DNA of 63,082 nucleotides, the filler included, from Reticulomyxa filosa (taxonomy: Eukaryota; Protista; Foraminifera), in NCBI GenBank assembly GCA_000512085.1. It is 20 parts of 20 records of this genome, joined end to end, with 100 filler letters (N's around TTAATTAATTAA, not from the genome) between each part and the next. Parts side by side here need not be neighbours in the genome. Positions count along the whole stretch, not along the records: positions 8,678 to 16,471 come from ASPP01009182.1; positions 16,572 to 18,415 come from ASPP01003121.1; positions 18,516 to 20,109 come from ASPP01022238.1; positions 20,210 to 21,439 come from ASPP01048304.1; positions 21,540 to 26,539 come from ASPP01015543.1; 15 more parts are not named here. One strand, written 5' to 3'. Positions within the stretch are counted from its first letter, which is position 1, and every line of letters starts with the position of its first letter. The position numbers and the translations under genes were made by a program. Of this stretch, positions 12,348 through 24,328 are shown in pieces. The notes below the pieces were generated by a model, which worked only from the letters and a program-made list of their open reading frames with translations, did not search any database and was not told where the DNA came from.

Positions 12348-13254
12348 ACTTACAGCCATCCATCTTTTTCTTTTTTTTTTTTGCAAGGTCTCAAAGTATA
12401 AAAATTCAATATAACGACCCAGGTCGAGTGTGTCTTATAACTTTGGGAGTTACTGGATAGAGTATCATCATGTCTTAAACAGAAACAAACATCTCATGTT
12501 TATTTTGTTTGTAAATATCGAGGATAAGGTAATGTACACATTTAATGCTTCTAATATTAGCTTTTAATTTTTTAGCATAAGGCAAATTAAAAATGAGTCC
12601 AACAATTAAAATATAACAATTTTATTCAAAAGCACTATGGTATCATACTACGTAACAATGAGTAAAACTTACTCTGATATTTCATTTTTAAAATTAAAAC
12701 ATTTCCTCTTTATTTCTTATCCAACTCTTATTTAAGGCTCTATTTTTTGCCTCTTAATCTTTTTACAGCGCATCCAATATATTTTTTTGCAACTTGTATC
12801 AGCGCTGAAGTGAATAATATCAAAAAATCCAAAAAAATACAAGTTATTTATAGGAATATTATCGATTGATAAATTGATATAAAACTTGTAAATATAAATA
12901 AAATTTTTTAAAAATAAGTTTTTACTATAATAATGACAATTACAACAAAATATAAGTCTTCAGTTGGTTCCTTGTTATGAACATCCATTGGAAGTTATTG
13001 TTTTTCAATAACTCAATATTGCATGCATTGACTCGTAGTAGAATTCTTTGATATTTCAAAGTGTATAAACAATTCTCAAATCATTTTTGTATTAGTGCTC
13101 CCCGTGTAAATTGTTTTGTCTTTAATATTTAGTTACAATGTTTACCAAAATATTTAAAAAGTTTGCTCTTCAAAAAAAATTGATAAAAAATCCCCCAATC
13201 TTGTCAAGATTCTCTTCCCAGTTTTGTTTGTTCAATACATATCCACCTATTCCA

Positions 13255-14395
13255 ATGGCAAAAGCAGAACGAGCCCCAATTTTGTTGTTATTTGATGTGG
13301 ACGGCACATTAACTCCTGCTCGATTAAAAGTGGAACCATTCGTGTGGGAGTTACTCACTGAAGCAAGAAAGAAAGTGTACTTAGGAATTGTCGGCGGGAG
13401 CGATTTGCCCAAACAGCAAGAACAACTGTCCGTTGGGAACAACGCCGTAGACAGTTTGGTTTTATATTTAGGGCTAATGTTTAAAAAAGCACATGTAAAC
13501 GTGTATTCAATAAACAGTAACCAGCTTTTTTGATTTTGTCTTTGCGGAGAACGGTTTGGTCGCTTTTAAAAACGCGAAACGTATTAATGACCACGTAAGT
13601 GTATCCACATACCAATACAAGAAAAGAAGATCATGAGAGAGAGGAGAAAAGAGGGGGGGGGGGAGGCGAGGAGGGAAAAGGGGTCCAGAAAATGAAATGA
13701 TAAGGGATGTACGTATTCGAATTTCGTGGTTCATTTTTTTTTTAAATTGTCTTTTTTTTTTTGTGATGGGGAACGAAAAAAAAAAAAAAAAACGAGCTTG
13801 AAAAAGAATTGAGTGAAAAAGATTTGAAACGCTTTATAAACTTTTGCCTACATTACATTGCGGACTTGGATATCCCAATAAAAAGGGGAACGTTTGTGGA
13901 GTTTCGAAGCGGTATGATAAACGTGTCCCCTATCGGACGCAACTGCAGTCAAGAAGAGAGAGAAGAGTTTTATAAATATGACCAAAAACACAAAATCCGC
14001 GAAAAGATGATCCAAGAATTTGCAAATCAACTTCCAGATTTGGCCAAAAAATTGAAATGTAGCATTGGAGGACAAATCTCGTTTGATGTGTTTCCACATG
14101 GATGGGATAAGACATATTGCTTGCAATTTGTAGAAAAGGAAAACTTCAAAGAAGTCCATTTTTTTGGAGACAAGACGGAATATGTTAATTTTTTTCTTTT
14201 TTAAAAAATATATGACGTCACTTCTTAATTTGTGTGATGACTATTGTTAACAAATATTTAATAACTATAATAAAAAAAAAAAAGGGTGGAAATGATTATG
14301 AAATTTCAAATGACAAAAGAACTATTAGCCATACGGTCAAGAATCCCAAGGACACTGCAAAAATTGTTAGTGAAATATTATCAAAAATAAATTAA
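13255..14395 (+). CDS. PMM: Phosphomannomutase (HAD-IIB), 4 exons; in-frame upstream ATG at 13138
   Basis: [75 protein letters not shown]. Confidence 0.96.
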
Positions 14396-14916
14396 TTCTC
14401 GAAAAGGGACCCAAAAAAAAAAACTGAACAAATATGATGACGTCATCTTTTTTGTGCTGTTCAGTTTTGACCTTTTTTTAATAAACACTTGACGTTTAAT
14501 ACAATTTGAAAGAGTGCGAGTTTACATGAAATTCTTAGTTGAAATTTTTAAGGCATTGGAGGGAATGATAAATACATTTTGCGTTCATAGCACGCACACG
14601 TTTTGTGATCAGCGTCCATGAATTGCTTGTTTTCATTTTCCGTTTTATTTTTATTTTGTCTGCTTTGTTCATAAGATTCAGTTTACAAAGCTTACCTTTT
14701 TGCCTCACCGCACCATTTTGCTCCTTTAATTTTCTTTTTTGAATAAGAGGAAAAAGCATTAAACTTAAATATTCACCTTTGGCAATCTCATAAACATACG
14801 ACAGTAAGTTAATAGTGCAACAGTAACTAATGCAGACAAAATTTGGAATTTGAATGATGTTGACGAGGAAGAGTTTTGAGGACCTGCTTAAAAAAACTCG
14901 GTTCAATTGAAACAAA

Positions 14917-15567
14917 ATGATGCCAATAAGGAGACCTTTGAATAGTTTGAAAACGATATATTGGCAAAAATTATCTTGTAATCTTTTCTTTGGTATTAAT
15001 AGCTTGACTAGATCCTCCAATTCAGTGTCCAGACTTGGGCTCTCGCTGTACGTGTACTGTTTGTTTTACACACGATGTGCAAGATATCACTGTTCGTATT
15101 TTTTTTTCACAAAAATGTACACAACTGACACTGCACAAATTGGAAGGTCGAGCCGAAGTAGTGGAACACAGGTCCCATTGACAGGTTCACAATGGAGCAA
15201 AGAAAAAATAGGGTTTGCAACGGTAAACGACTTTCACAAAATTTCAAACGCAGCCCTGGAGATAGTTGAAGACACATTAAGTAGTGTGTCTGACTCAACA
15301 AAGACGCAGGAATTTGATTATCAAACAGCAGACGGGGTACTAAATGTTCACTTTGGCAGCAAAATTGGTACTTGGGTTTTAAATAAACAAACCCCAAATC
15401 AACAGCTGTGGCTTTCCTCACCCATCAGTGGCCCCAATCGATACGATTGGAATCCGACTACAAAACGATGGGCAGGTACGAGAGACGGCCATTTGTTACA
15501 ACAGTTGCTTGAGTCTGAATTTACTAAGGTCTTAAAACAGCCTATTCAATTCAAAGAAAATTTTTAA
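14917..15567 (+). CDS. FXN: Frataxin (mitochondrial), probable in-frame intron 15048-15146
   Basis: DGVLNVHF..GTWVLNKQTPNQQLWLSSPISGPNRYDW is the frataxin/CyaY signature; basic N-terminal presequence. Confidence 0.94.
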   Translation: MMPIRRPLNSLKTIYWQKLSCNLFFGINSLTRSSNSVSRLGLSLYVYCLFYTRCARYHCSYFFFTKMYTTDTAQIGRSSRSSGTQVPLTGSQWSKEKIGFATVNDFHKISNAALEIVEDTLSSVSDSTKTQEFDYQTADGVLNVHFGSKIGTWVLNKQTPNQQLWLSSPISGPNRYDWNPTTKRWAGTRDGHLLQQLLESEFTKVLKQPIQFKENF

Positions 15568-17095
15568 TTCACTAAAAAATTTAGTATCTTTGCATATATA
15601 CACATAATTATATACCTTCTCCTTTTTGCAGTCATTTATTTCCTTGATCATTCTTAAGCAGCCTTCTTTTTTTTTTGATGTATTCAACTAGTCAAATGCA
15701 TATGTTTTTAGCATAAAAGGCAGGAGAGACTCAGTAACATTAAATTAAACGTGAACAGTTTATAGTTGACTCTTGTCTTAAATATGCCTTTTATGAATAA
15801 TGATAATTCACAAGTTAGTAAAAATTATCAATGATAGCAATAAAAAAAAGTAACACGTTGTAAATTATCTATTGACATCTAATAAACTAGTTTTGAACTT
15901 AGGTGAAACTATCAGCTTGGAATAAAAGTATTGAGGCATATGATATTGTATTTGTGGGAAATATTAAATTAAGAAGAAATATGTTTTTATAATACTTTGG
16001 AATGAACCAATTACGGCAAGGAGCTAAATTGAACAAAATGCTGTTTATTATCGAAAGTTATATTTACTGTTTCAAATTATCCCTTACTTATGGGACCAAA
16101 AAAGGTAAACTTGCAACAAAGAACGACAGTAATCTGCACTTACCTTTTTAAAAAACAAAAGAGTATATTAAAAATATATCACTACATTTTGATTTTAAAA
16201 AGTGATAATAATTTGATCGTGTATTCATTATCTGCTCAATACATTGGAACTGGTATATAAACAAGAATTATACATCGTGATAATCAAGACAGCCATACTA
16301 TTGAAAAGCATTGGCACTGGCTAAATGGTGAATTTTATGCGGTATTAGCAGTCTTGCAGTTTCTGGCAATTCAGCAGTGGGCAAAATATTTTTTTTTCTT
16401 TTTCCATTCTTGACAGCATTGTTTTTTCGCAGTCGTTACAAATCACACGTTGCAAGCCAGGACATAAATCCNNNNNNNNNNNNNNNNNNNNNNNNNNNNN
16501 NNNNNNNNNNNNNNNTTAATTAATTAANNNNNNNNNNNNNNNNNNNNNNNNNNNNNNNNNNNNNNNNNNNNATTATTGCAAAATTTTTTCTGAAAATTTG
16601 AGGAAGCTGACAGTATTCTTTTGGCAAAATAAAGTAATAAACAACTTGAAAAGAATGCTCTTGCTAAAAAAGAAGAATAAACTCAATTATTTTCTCTTAT
16701 ACTTGGAATTGTTATACTTTGTATGCAAAGAAATAGTATTGATAGATCTACTTCTTTGTCAAATAGATCCATGTTGATAATGTTGCTGAATTTTTGACTA
16801 TACATTTGCTGACAGATGTTAAATTTACACTTTGCATTTTTAATCAGTAATAAATCAAATATCAGAAAGTAACAGAATTCGGAATAGTGCTTTGTCAAAA
16901 ACCTCAAACTTTGTGACGCTTAATTACTTTATTGTTGTAAAAAGTTTGTGTATTCAAAAAGAATACTAACGCAAAACCGAGAATTGAAAATAATTTCAAA
17001 AAATGGAGACGTTTTACGTTTGTTCTTCTTTGTCACTAGTGAGGGTTTACGTCAATTTGAAACGTAACCAAGAAAAATTATTGTGTTAGTACATC

Positions 17096-18415
17096 ATGCT
17101 CGTATCAAATACATCAACTTCAAATCTCTCATGGACAAATTTGCTTGAATATTGTTTTGATTATGATGAATATAGTTTAGATTTGTTTGTGGAATTGGAG
17201 TCAACAGAGCACGGAGAGTACGTGTATGGACAAAAAGAAAGACTTTGCAAGACGGGTGAATACCCAGTTCCACTTCCAATAAGTGATGGTTTTAAGCAGA
17301 ATAGCGTAGTGACGGTGGGAGTATTGACATCTATAAACCGTGTATTTTTCGCAGTTGAAAGAACATTATATTTTTGGAACTACACAGCAGAGAAAAAGTG
17401 GAATTCGCTGAAGGAGTTTGACTCCGTGGTTACATGTGTTGGAGTGGTAACGCCAAAGCCAGATGTATTTTTGAACGGTAAAAAAAAAAAAAAAAAATAT
17501 GCATATACATATACACATATATGCACATATACACATCATATACAGCATATACATTAACATATACGAAAACAGCGTTTGTATACGCACAGAGATCCAACAC
17601 GTATTGATCATCGCAACGGAAACAGAGGTGGCATTGATAGCGATAGAATTTGCCGACGGTGTAATCGACAACGACATGCAGGCGCATGCGACGCGTTTCA
17701 AGACGGCGACGAAAGGCGCACAAATGAAGCGAGTGACAGCGACAAGAGATGGACGAATATTTCTAGGGAGCGAGGACGGTTCGGTGTGGGAGTTTGACTA
17801 TTACAATGAAAGTCCGTGGTTGGGAACGTCGCAAGTAGCGAAGAGCGTATTAAGAAATGTGTCGCAAAGCAAGACAAGCAAAGTGTTTGAATACGTAGGG
17901 AACATTGTGTTGCCATTGGGATTGTTGCCAGCCTTGGCACAGCGCACAGCAGTGACAGATTTGGTAGTGAGCGAAAACATTAATAATAACAAGTGGTTAT
18001 TCGTGTTGCACAAAGAGTCACGATCGAAGGATTGTTATTATCGCCATCGTCCCAGCAAGGATGCAGTACGTCGTTTTGTACGTGGACATCCTCAACGACG
18101 CAGGTGAGCGTTTGGCAGCGAATAATACACGCAATGAAATGAAGCCGACAGTTATCAAGCTGCATGCGTTGGGAGCAGGCGACAACACGAGTGCCCATCT
18201 GTGCGCAATCACGAATCAAGGCGACCGTATTTACTTGGCACTTTTGGGAGACAGACATTATTACGGACTCGAAGTGCGATGTGTGCGAATGAGACCCTTG
18301 CAGAGTCGTCTTTCTTTCGATTTGGCTGACTCAAAGACAGAAGCAGGATCCAAATCCAAGACTAGATTTCGACTTGGAGAGATGAGAAATGAAGCTAAAA
18401 TAGTGACAGAGACAG
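17096..18415 (+). CDS. NUP155: Nucleoporin Nup155/Nup170 N-terminal beta-propeller; 3'-partial, intron ~17478-17589, frameshift at ~18013
   Basis: INRVFFAVERTLYFWNY, VTCVGVVTPKPDVF, IQHVLIIATETEV, TRDGRIFLGSEDGSVWEFDY and HLCAITNQGDRIYL match Nup155 motifs. Confidence 0.82.
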
Positions 18416-19336
18416 NNNNNNNNNNNNNNNNNNNNNNNNNNNNNNNNNNNNNNNNNNNNTTAATTAATTAANNNNNNNNNNNNNNNNNNNNNNNNNNNNN
18501 NNNNNNNNNNNNNNNTCTTTTATTGCTATCTTTTATCCCCTTGAGCTTTTGTAATATTCTAACAGCATTTTCATTATTTCTTTGTTAATTGTGCAATTTT
18601 TATACACCATTCTCATTTTCAATAATCCTGCTTTCTCAAATAGTGCTCTACAGCAAACATCTTTTCTCTTTTTTATATTTTATCACAATTGCAAAACGTT
18701 TAGAGCGTTCTATTGACAATTGGCGATTGGTATTTGCGTTCATTCCATATTTTCTCTTTCATTGAGCACTTGAAAAGAGAAATCATATCCATCAATTTCC
18801 AAATACTCTTATACTCGCTTGAAAAGGTTGGTCCTCCAAAAATAATAAATAAATTCCATTAGAATTGATTTGCACACAGACAACATTGATCCTTATTTTT
18901 TTTTTCCATTGACTTCAGTCATTGTTCGAGGAAAATGTACATTACTTTTATTATCCGAAATATTTTAAGAAGATGCAATACAACATTAATCATGAAAAAT
19001 GAAAAGAGAAAAACTAATCAAAAGTAAAGGCAAAACAAATTGCCTCAATTATTTGATGATCCTGGGCAATCAATTGCTATCAGATATATTCAATTGGCTC
19101 TTTCAACTTAACAATGATAGCAAAAATAGAAAGATAAAATTACAAACAATGAACAGATACACTTTTTCCATTTTCAACTTCTACACGAATTTGATAAATA
19201 TTTGATATTGTTTCTCAAAAAATTGCATATTTATGGACGAAAGATCAAATATAGAAGAATCAATTTGATGTAGTAAAAAATTTATATATAAATTTGTGTA
19301 TTTTCACTTATCAAAGTCAGATAGTGTTTTATACAA

Positions 19337-19414
19337 TGCAGTCTCTGGGATTCGAACCCAGTCCTCGAAAAAGAGTTTGCGATAATATCGCATTGCCCCC
19401 AGGGCATAGACTGC
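19337..19414 (-). ncRNA. tRNA-like cloverleaf with canonical acceptor/T arms but 3-nt D-loop and collapsed anticodon loop
   Basis: GCAGTCT-A-TGCCC-TGG-GGGCA-A-TGCGAT-ATT-ATCGCA-AA-CTC-TTTTTC-GAG-GA-CTGGG-TTCGAAT-CCCAG-AGACTGC-A; all five stems are perfect Watson-Crick. Confidence 0.75.
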
Positions 19415-19610
19415 CTAGAGAAATGAAGTTACCTTCTATTTCTCATAGTTGCTGAATAATAATTTTTTTTGAATAGAAATAAAAAAAAAACAAAAACATA
19501 AATATAAACATAAAATATAATAACATAACATATTTCGCCAAGTATTCACCACATTATCTTTATCATCTAAAATATATACATTCATAATAATATATATTTC
19601 TAGCATATAT

Positions 19611-20109
19611 ATTCACAACATAGCACTTTCACAACCTAGATACTTCATAACGTAAAAGCTTCACAACCTAAAATATTTATAACATAGAGCCTTCACAACA
19701 TATAGCATTTACCTAGAACTTTCACATCATAGAACTTTCACAACCTAGAACCTTCACAACATAGAGTCTTCAAACATAAAGCATTCATCTAGAGCATTCA
19801 CAACATAAAGCCTTCACAACCTAGATCTTTCACAACATATATCCCTTCACAACCTAGAGCCTTCACAACCTAGAGCCTTCACAACCTAAAGCCTTCAAAA
19901 CCTAAAGCCTTCACAACCTAGAACATTCACAACATATAGCCTTCACAACCTAGAACATTCACAACATATAGCCTTCACAACATATAGCCTTCACAACATA
20001 GAAATTTCACAACATAAAGCCTTCACAGCATAAAGCCTTCACAACCTAGAGCCTTCACAACCTAGAACATTCACAACATATATACTTCACAACATATATA
20101 CTTCACAAC
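19611..20109. repeat. 16-bp tandem minisatellite, consensus CTTCACAACMTARAGC, ~31 units, truncated by contig end
   Basis: Direct reading, e.g. cttcacaacctagagc cttcacaacctaaagc ... attcacaacatatagc; more degenerate on the left. Confidence 0.95.
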
Positions 20110-22122
20110 NNNNNNNNNNNNNNNNNNNNNNNNNNNNNNNNNNNNNNNNNNNNTTAATTAATTAANNNNNNNNNNNNNNNNNNNNNNNNNNNNNNNNNNN
20201 NNNNNNNNNCGAAACAAAATAATATTAACAAGAAAGAATGTTGAACAAAATTTGCAATTTTTCTATTAAATAAGCCAAAATGTCAACATTCACATGATTT
20301 TCTTTAATAATAAGTGCTTAAATTTTATTTTTTGTTTTAGTTTGCTTTAATTTTGCTAAAAGAAGTGAATTGAATCTCAATATTTCACTGAGACTTCAAC
20401 ACTTCGAAAACAATGCTAAGACGATTCAGTTTAGCATTAGCATTGCTCATGTAATTCCCCCTGATCATTCCACAGTGAAGAGCCAAATTTGTTTTCACAA
20501 CCGTTGATTGATCTCACCTTTGAGATTTTTTTTTTGTTGATATTTTAAAGATTAAATTAAAACTTAAAATTATTTTTTTTCACTTGTTGTTGATTGTGTG
20601 AGTTTTTGATATGCTTTGTTGATCTTTCCTTTTTTGTTTGTTTTCATTAGAGTACTATGTTCCTTTTGGGACGAAGTGCTCATCTTAACTTGTATAAGAT
20701 CTCGTTCTCAGAAAAAAAAATTGCTAGATTATAAAAATAACATTTGAATTTAACATATTAATCTGTCACAAACTCAAAACAAAAATAAAAAATTTTAAAT
20801 CTAACAAAATTGCAAAACTAAAATTTAATTTCACAATAAATAAAAAAAAGTTTAAAACTACGAAAGATACAAGACTAATTTTTTTTTTAAAAGTATATAC
20901 TCAACTTGAAGATTCCTAAAAAAGAAACAAAAAGATGTTCATATTTAAAAACTACAAGATTTGTATATATTTTTAAAAAAAATTAATGTTGAATGTTTAT
21001 TTTTCATGGAGAAAATCGATTCTCTTCATAAGTGTGCAACTTAGGTATGTCAGTTTTTTCTCCAATCTAATGTGTATCTTATATATGCTAATAATATATT
21101 CATAGTTAAAAAAAGAATGAAAAGATTATTGTAATAATTGTTTGGTTGTTGATGCAAGCTAATGGATCAATAATGCTTTTTTAGATCATATTTTGGATCT
21201 TATCTGTTCTTCCTGTTTCACTAGAAACTTGATTGACATTACGATCAAAATAACAGCTTAAAAAAGATCATTTGAGCAACTACAATTAGTATGAAAATTT
21301 AAAAAATATGGACAATTTGTGATTATTGTATTTTACAAAGTACAATTCAAAACGACTCTTTGTATTAGTTGAAAATGGTTTTGACATTCTCAAGGTTGTG
21401 AAATATTATAAATTAAATTTCAATATTTTCAGATTAAAANNNNNNNNNNNNNNNNNNNNNNNNNNNNNNNNNNNNNNNNNNNNTTAATTAATTAANNNNN
21501 NNNNNNNNNNNNNNNNNNNNNNNNNNNNNNNNNNNNNNNCAATGACTATCGTATCTCAAATCAAAAACTTAATTTGCATATATGTATACATATATTATAT
21601 TTACTATTATTGCTCTGTTCAAGTTTGCTATGCAAAGCATTGTGGTCTGTATTAGTTTATAATGATGCTTCATTCTTACAATTAAATTCGATTATGAATT
21701 AACATATATACCTTTTCTTTTTTTGTAAAATTCAAAGCAAAATTTCCAAAAACGGGTTCAGTGCAACAGTTGTTTGATGTCATTGAAAAATATTTTACCA
21801 ATCGATAACCCAAGTTGCAAAAAGGAGTCAAGTTGTAATAATCAACTTTTGTAGGGCACGCAGTAGTAGATATAAAGGGAAACTGTCTGAACTTGTTGAA
21901 TATTTTTTAATAGTTCGTTTTTGTTAAATTTATCAACAGGTGCCAAATATCCTTCTACATAAATGTATTAGTTTTCACAAACATACCTTATATTTTACAT
22001 TAGATGGGTCTATTATTTTATATACCTGGTTTAATATTAACCGAAGACTACGTTTTGTGGAAGGGTCAACACAGTTTTCAGGAACATTTTTAAAACATTC
22101 TTAAAATTCAGTTGTCGAAGCC

Positions 22123-24328
22123 ATGTCTGACAAAGAAGATGTACACATGAAAGATACTCAAAATGACGATGGATGGGGCGATAATGATGAAGCAATTGAA
22201 GATAACGAAGACGGAGGTGAAGACGGCTGGGAAGACGACAATCCAGGAGACGACTGGGGCGCTACTGATGTAACAATAGCTCGTACAGAAAACTTAGAAG
22301 TGACCACACTGACCCGAAGTCAGTCCGTCTTGGGGTTGAGCAAGAGTGAGATCGATTTGGCAATTCAAAAAAGGGTCCAGCAATTAAAAGACCAAATTGA
22401 ACTTGATGGTAATTGTTATTCCTTGTATACGTTCTAGGAGAAGAACTAGAACAAAAAAAAAAGGGAGTTGAAATAATCTGCATTTTTTTTTTTTCCAATT
22501 ACAAACTGCAAAATCAAAAAATAAAATAAAAAAGTTCAATAAATGAATATATATAGACCACGATTGCTTATTGCTACTGAGGAAATTCAAATGGAGCGTC
22601 GGGCAAGTAATGGACGTGTACTTTACGGACCCGGACAAGATCCGTTTGGAAGCAGGTATATGTTTGGAACCAAAAGAACCAAAGTTGAAATCAGGATCCA
22701 TTGAATGCCAAGTGTGCATGGAGGATGTAGATATTAAAAATGTCTTCAACTTGGAATGCGGCCATCAGGTGATGCAAATACTTTTGTTTTTTTTTTTTTT
22801 TAAGATAATGTATTTTTTTTTTTTTCCTTCCTTTAAATCGATGTTGGGAAAGAAGAGGAGATTGCTCGTTTTAATATTGAAACAAAAAGCATACTTAAAA
22901 TTGTTGTGGTACGCAAACAAATGAAGACAACATGCAAACCCTGCTGGGTAGATTATTTGAAAGATGCCGCTCGAAGCAAAGAGTGTGTGAGTTTACCATG
23001 CCCTGCTTACAAGTGCAATGTGGTGATTCGAGAAGAACACTGGCAAAGGTTTTTGGCCGAAAAATTTCCAGCAATTTGGGAACGATATAAAAAATTTTGT
23101 CGAGAAAACTTTGTCGAGGTCTTGTTTTTATTATTATTATTTGATTGATTTATTTTGAGATTTTTCAAAATAAAAAAAAAAATAATAATAATAATAAATT
23201 AGAAATTTATTTTATTTCTTTTTTTTAAAAAAACAAAAAAAACAGTGCAGCAAAGATTATGCATTCTGCCCGGGCAAAAGTTGTGATATGACATACTCAT
23301 CTAGTGCAGGAGTGGCAAAAGAAGTCGACTGTAAAAAATGCGGGTTTTCCTTTTGCTGGGCATGCAAACAAGAATCACACTTTCCAGCTTCATGCGAAGT
23401 GGCAAGAAAATGGAATACAAAGAATAGTGATGAAGCAGAGAATTTGCAATGGATTCTCGCCAAAACCAAAAAATGCCCCAAATGCAACGTGCCCATTGAA
23501 AAAAATCAAGGATGCAATCACATGACAGTTGAGTAGCAGAAGAAGGATTACTATCGCCATTGTCATTTGTTTTATAAAATTTGTTCTATTCATGAAAACC
23601 ACACATATACACACATTGGATCCGTGTTTACAAACAAAATAGTGCAACAAATCAGTTGGTGGCTGTGGACATGAGTTTTGTTGGCTTTGCAAAGGAGATT
23701 GGAAAGAACATGGAAGCAATACTGGTGGTTATTATCAATGCAACGTTTACGAAAAACAAAAAGCTGAAGGAAAGCAAAGTGACGAAGAAAAAGCAAATGA
23801 AAATGCCACTAATGAACTGGAAAGATATGAATTTCATTGGACTCGATTTGATTCACATATGAAATCTTCGAACCATGCGAAAAAAGAAGTTGAGAAATAC
23901 AGCCCAACAATGTCCAAATATTGAAATAATGTATAACACATTTTGACTATAAACACCTTTTTTTCCTCGTGTCATAGTTAACTCGCGCTCAAGAACGCAT
24001 GCACGAATTGTCTCAAAAGTTCCAATGGCGCTTAAACGAAGCAAACTTTTTGTCAGAGGCTGTACAAGAGGCTGTAAGATGTTGGCATGTATTGTCTTGG
24101 ACATATCCAATTGCCTATTATATGGATCAGAAAACCAATTTGCAATTGTTTAAAGAACAACAAGGCACTTTGGAAAACTTTTGCAATGGTTTACAATCAA
24201 AACTTGATTTTGATTTAGATAAATTAGGAGACAATAAAACAAGACAAGAAGTGATCCATTATACTCGCACTTCTGCACAATATCGAAAGAATTTGGTTGA
24301 ATATATCGAAACTGAGATCTCCTTTTAA
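22123..24328 (+). CDS. ARIH: Ariadne-family RBR E3 ubiquitin ligase, 6 exons
   Basis: Acidic N-terminus, LLRKFKW, RING1 (CQVC..CGH..CKPCW), IBR (CPGKSC..CKKCGFSFCWAC..H..C), RING2 ([28 protein letters not shown]), Ariadne domain (CWHVLSWTYPIAYY). All introns are GT-AG and in frame. Confidence 0.96.

Noticed and set aside
14213-14447. Two TGACGTCA CRE-like palindromes
   Set aside because: One is intronic and one is just past the stop codon; there is no supporting context, and short motifs can be chance.
19611-20109. CRISPR array or telomere
   Set aside because: There are no unique spacers or cas genes. The C-rich strand runs 5'->3' toward the contig end, opposite to telomerase-made repeats, and the units are heterogeneous.
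20210-21439. Gene-free contig
   Set aside because: Only AT-rich sequence with no interpretable ORF, repeat or structure.
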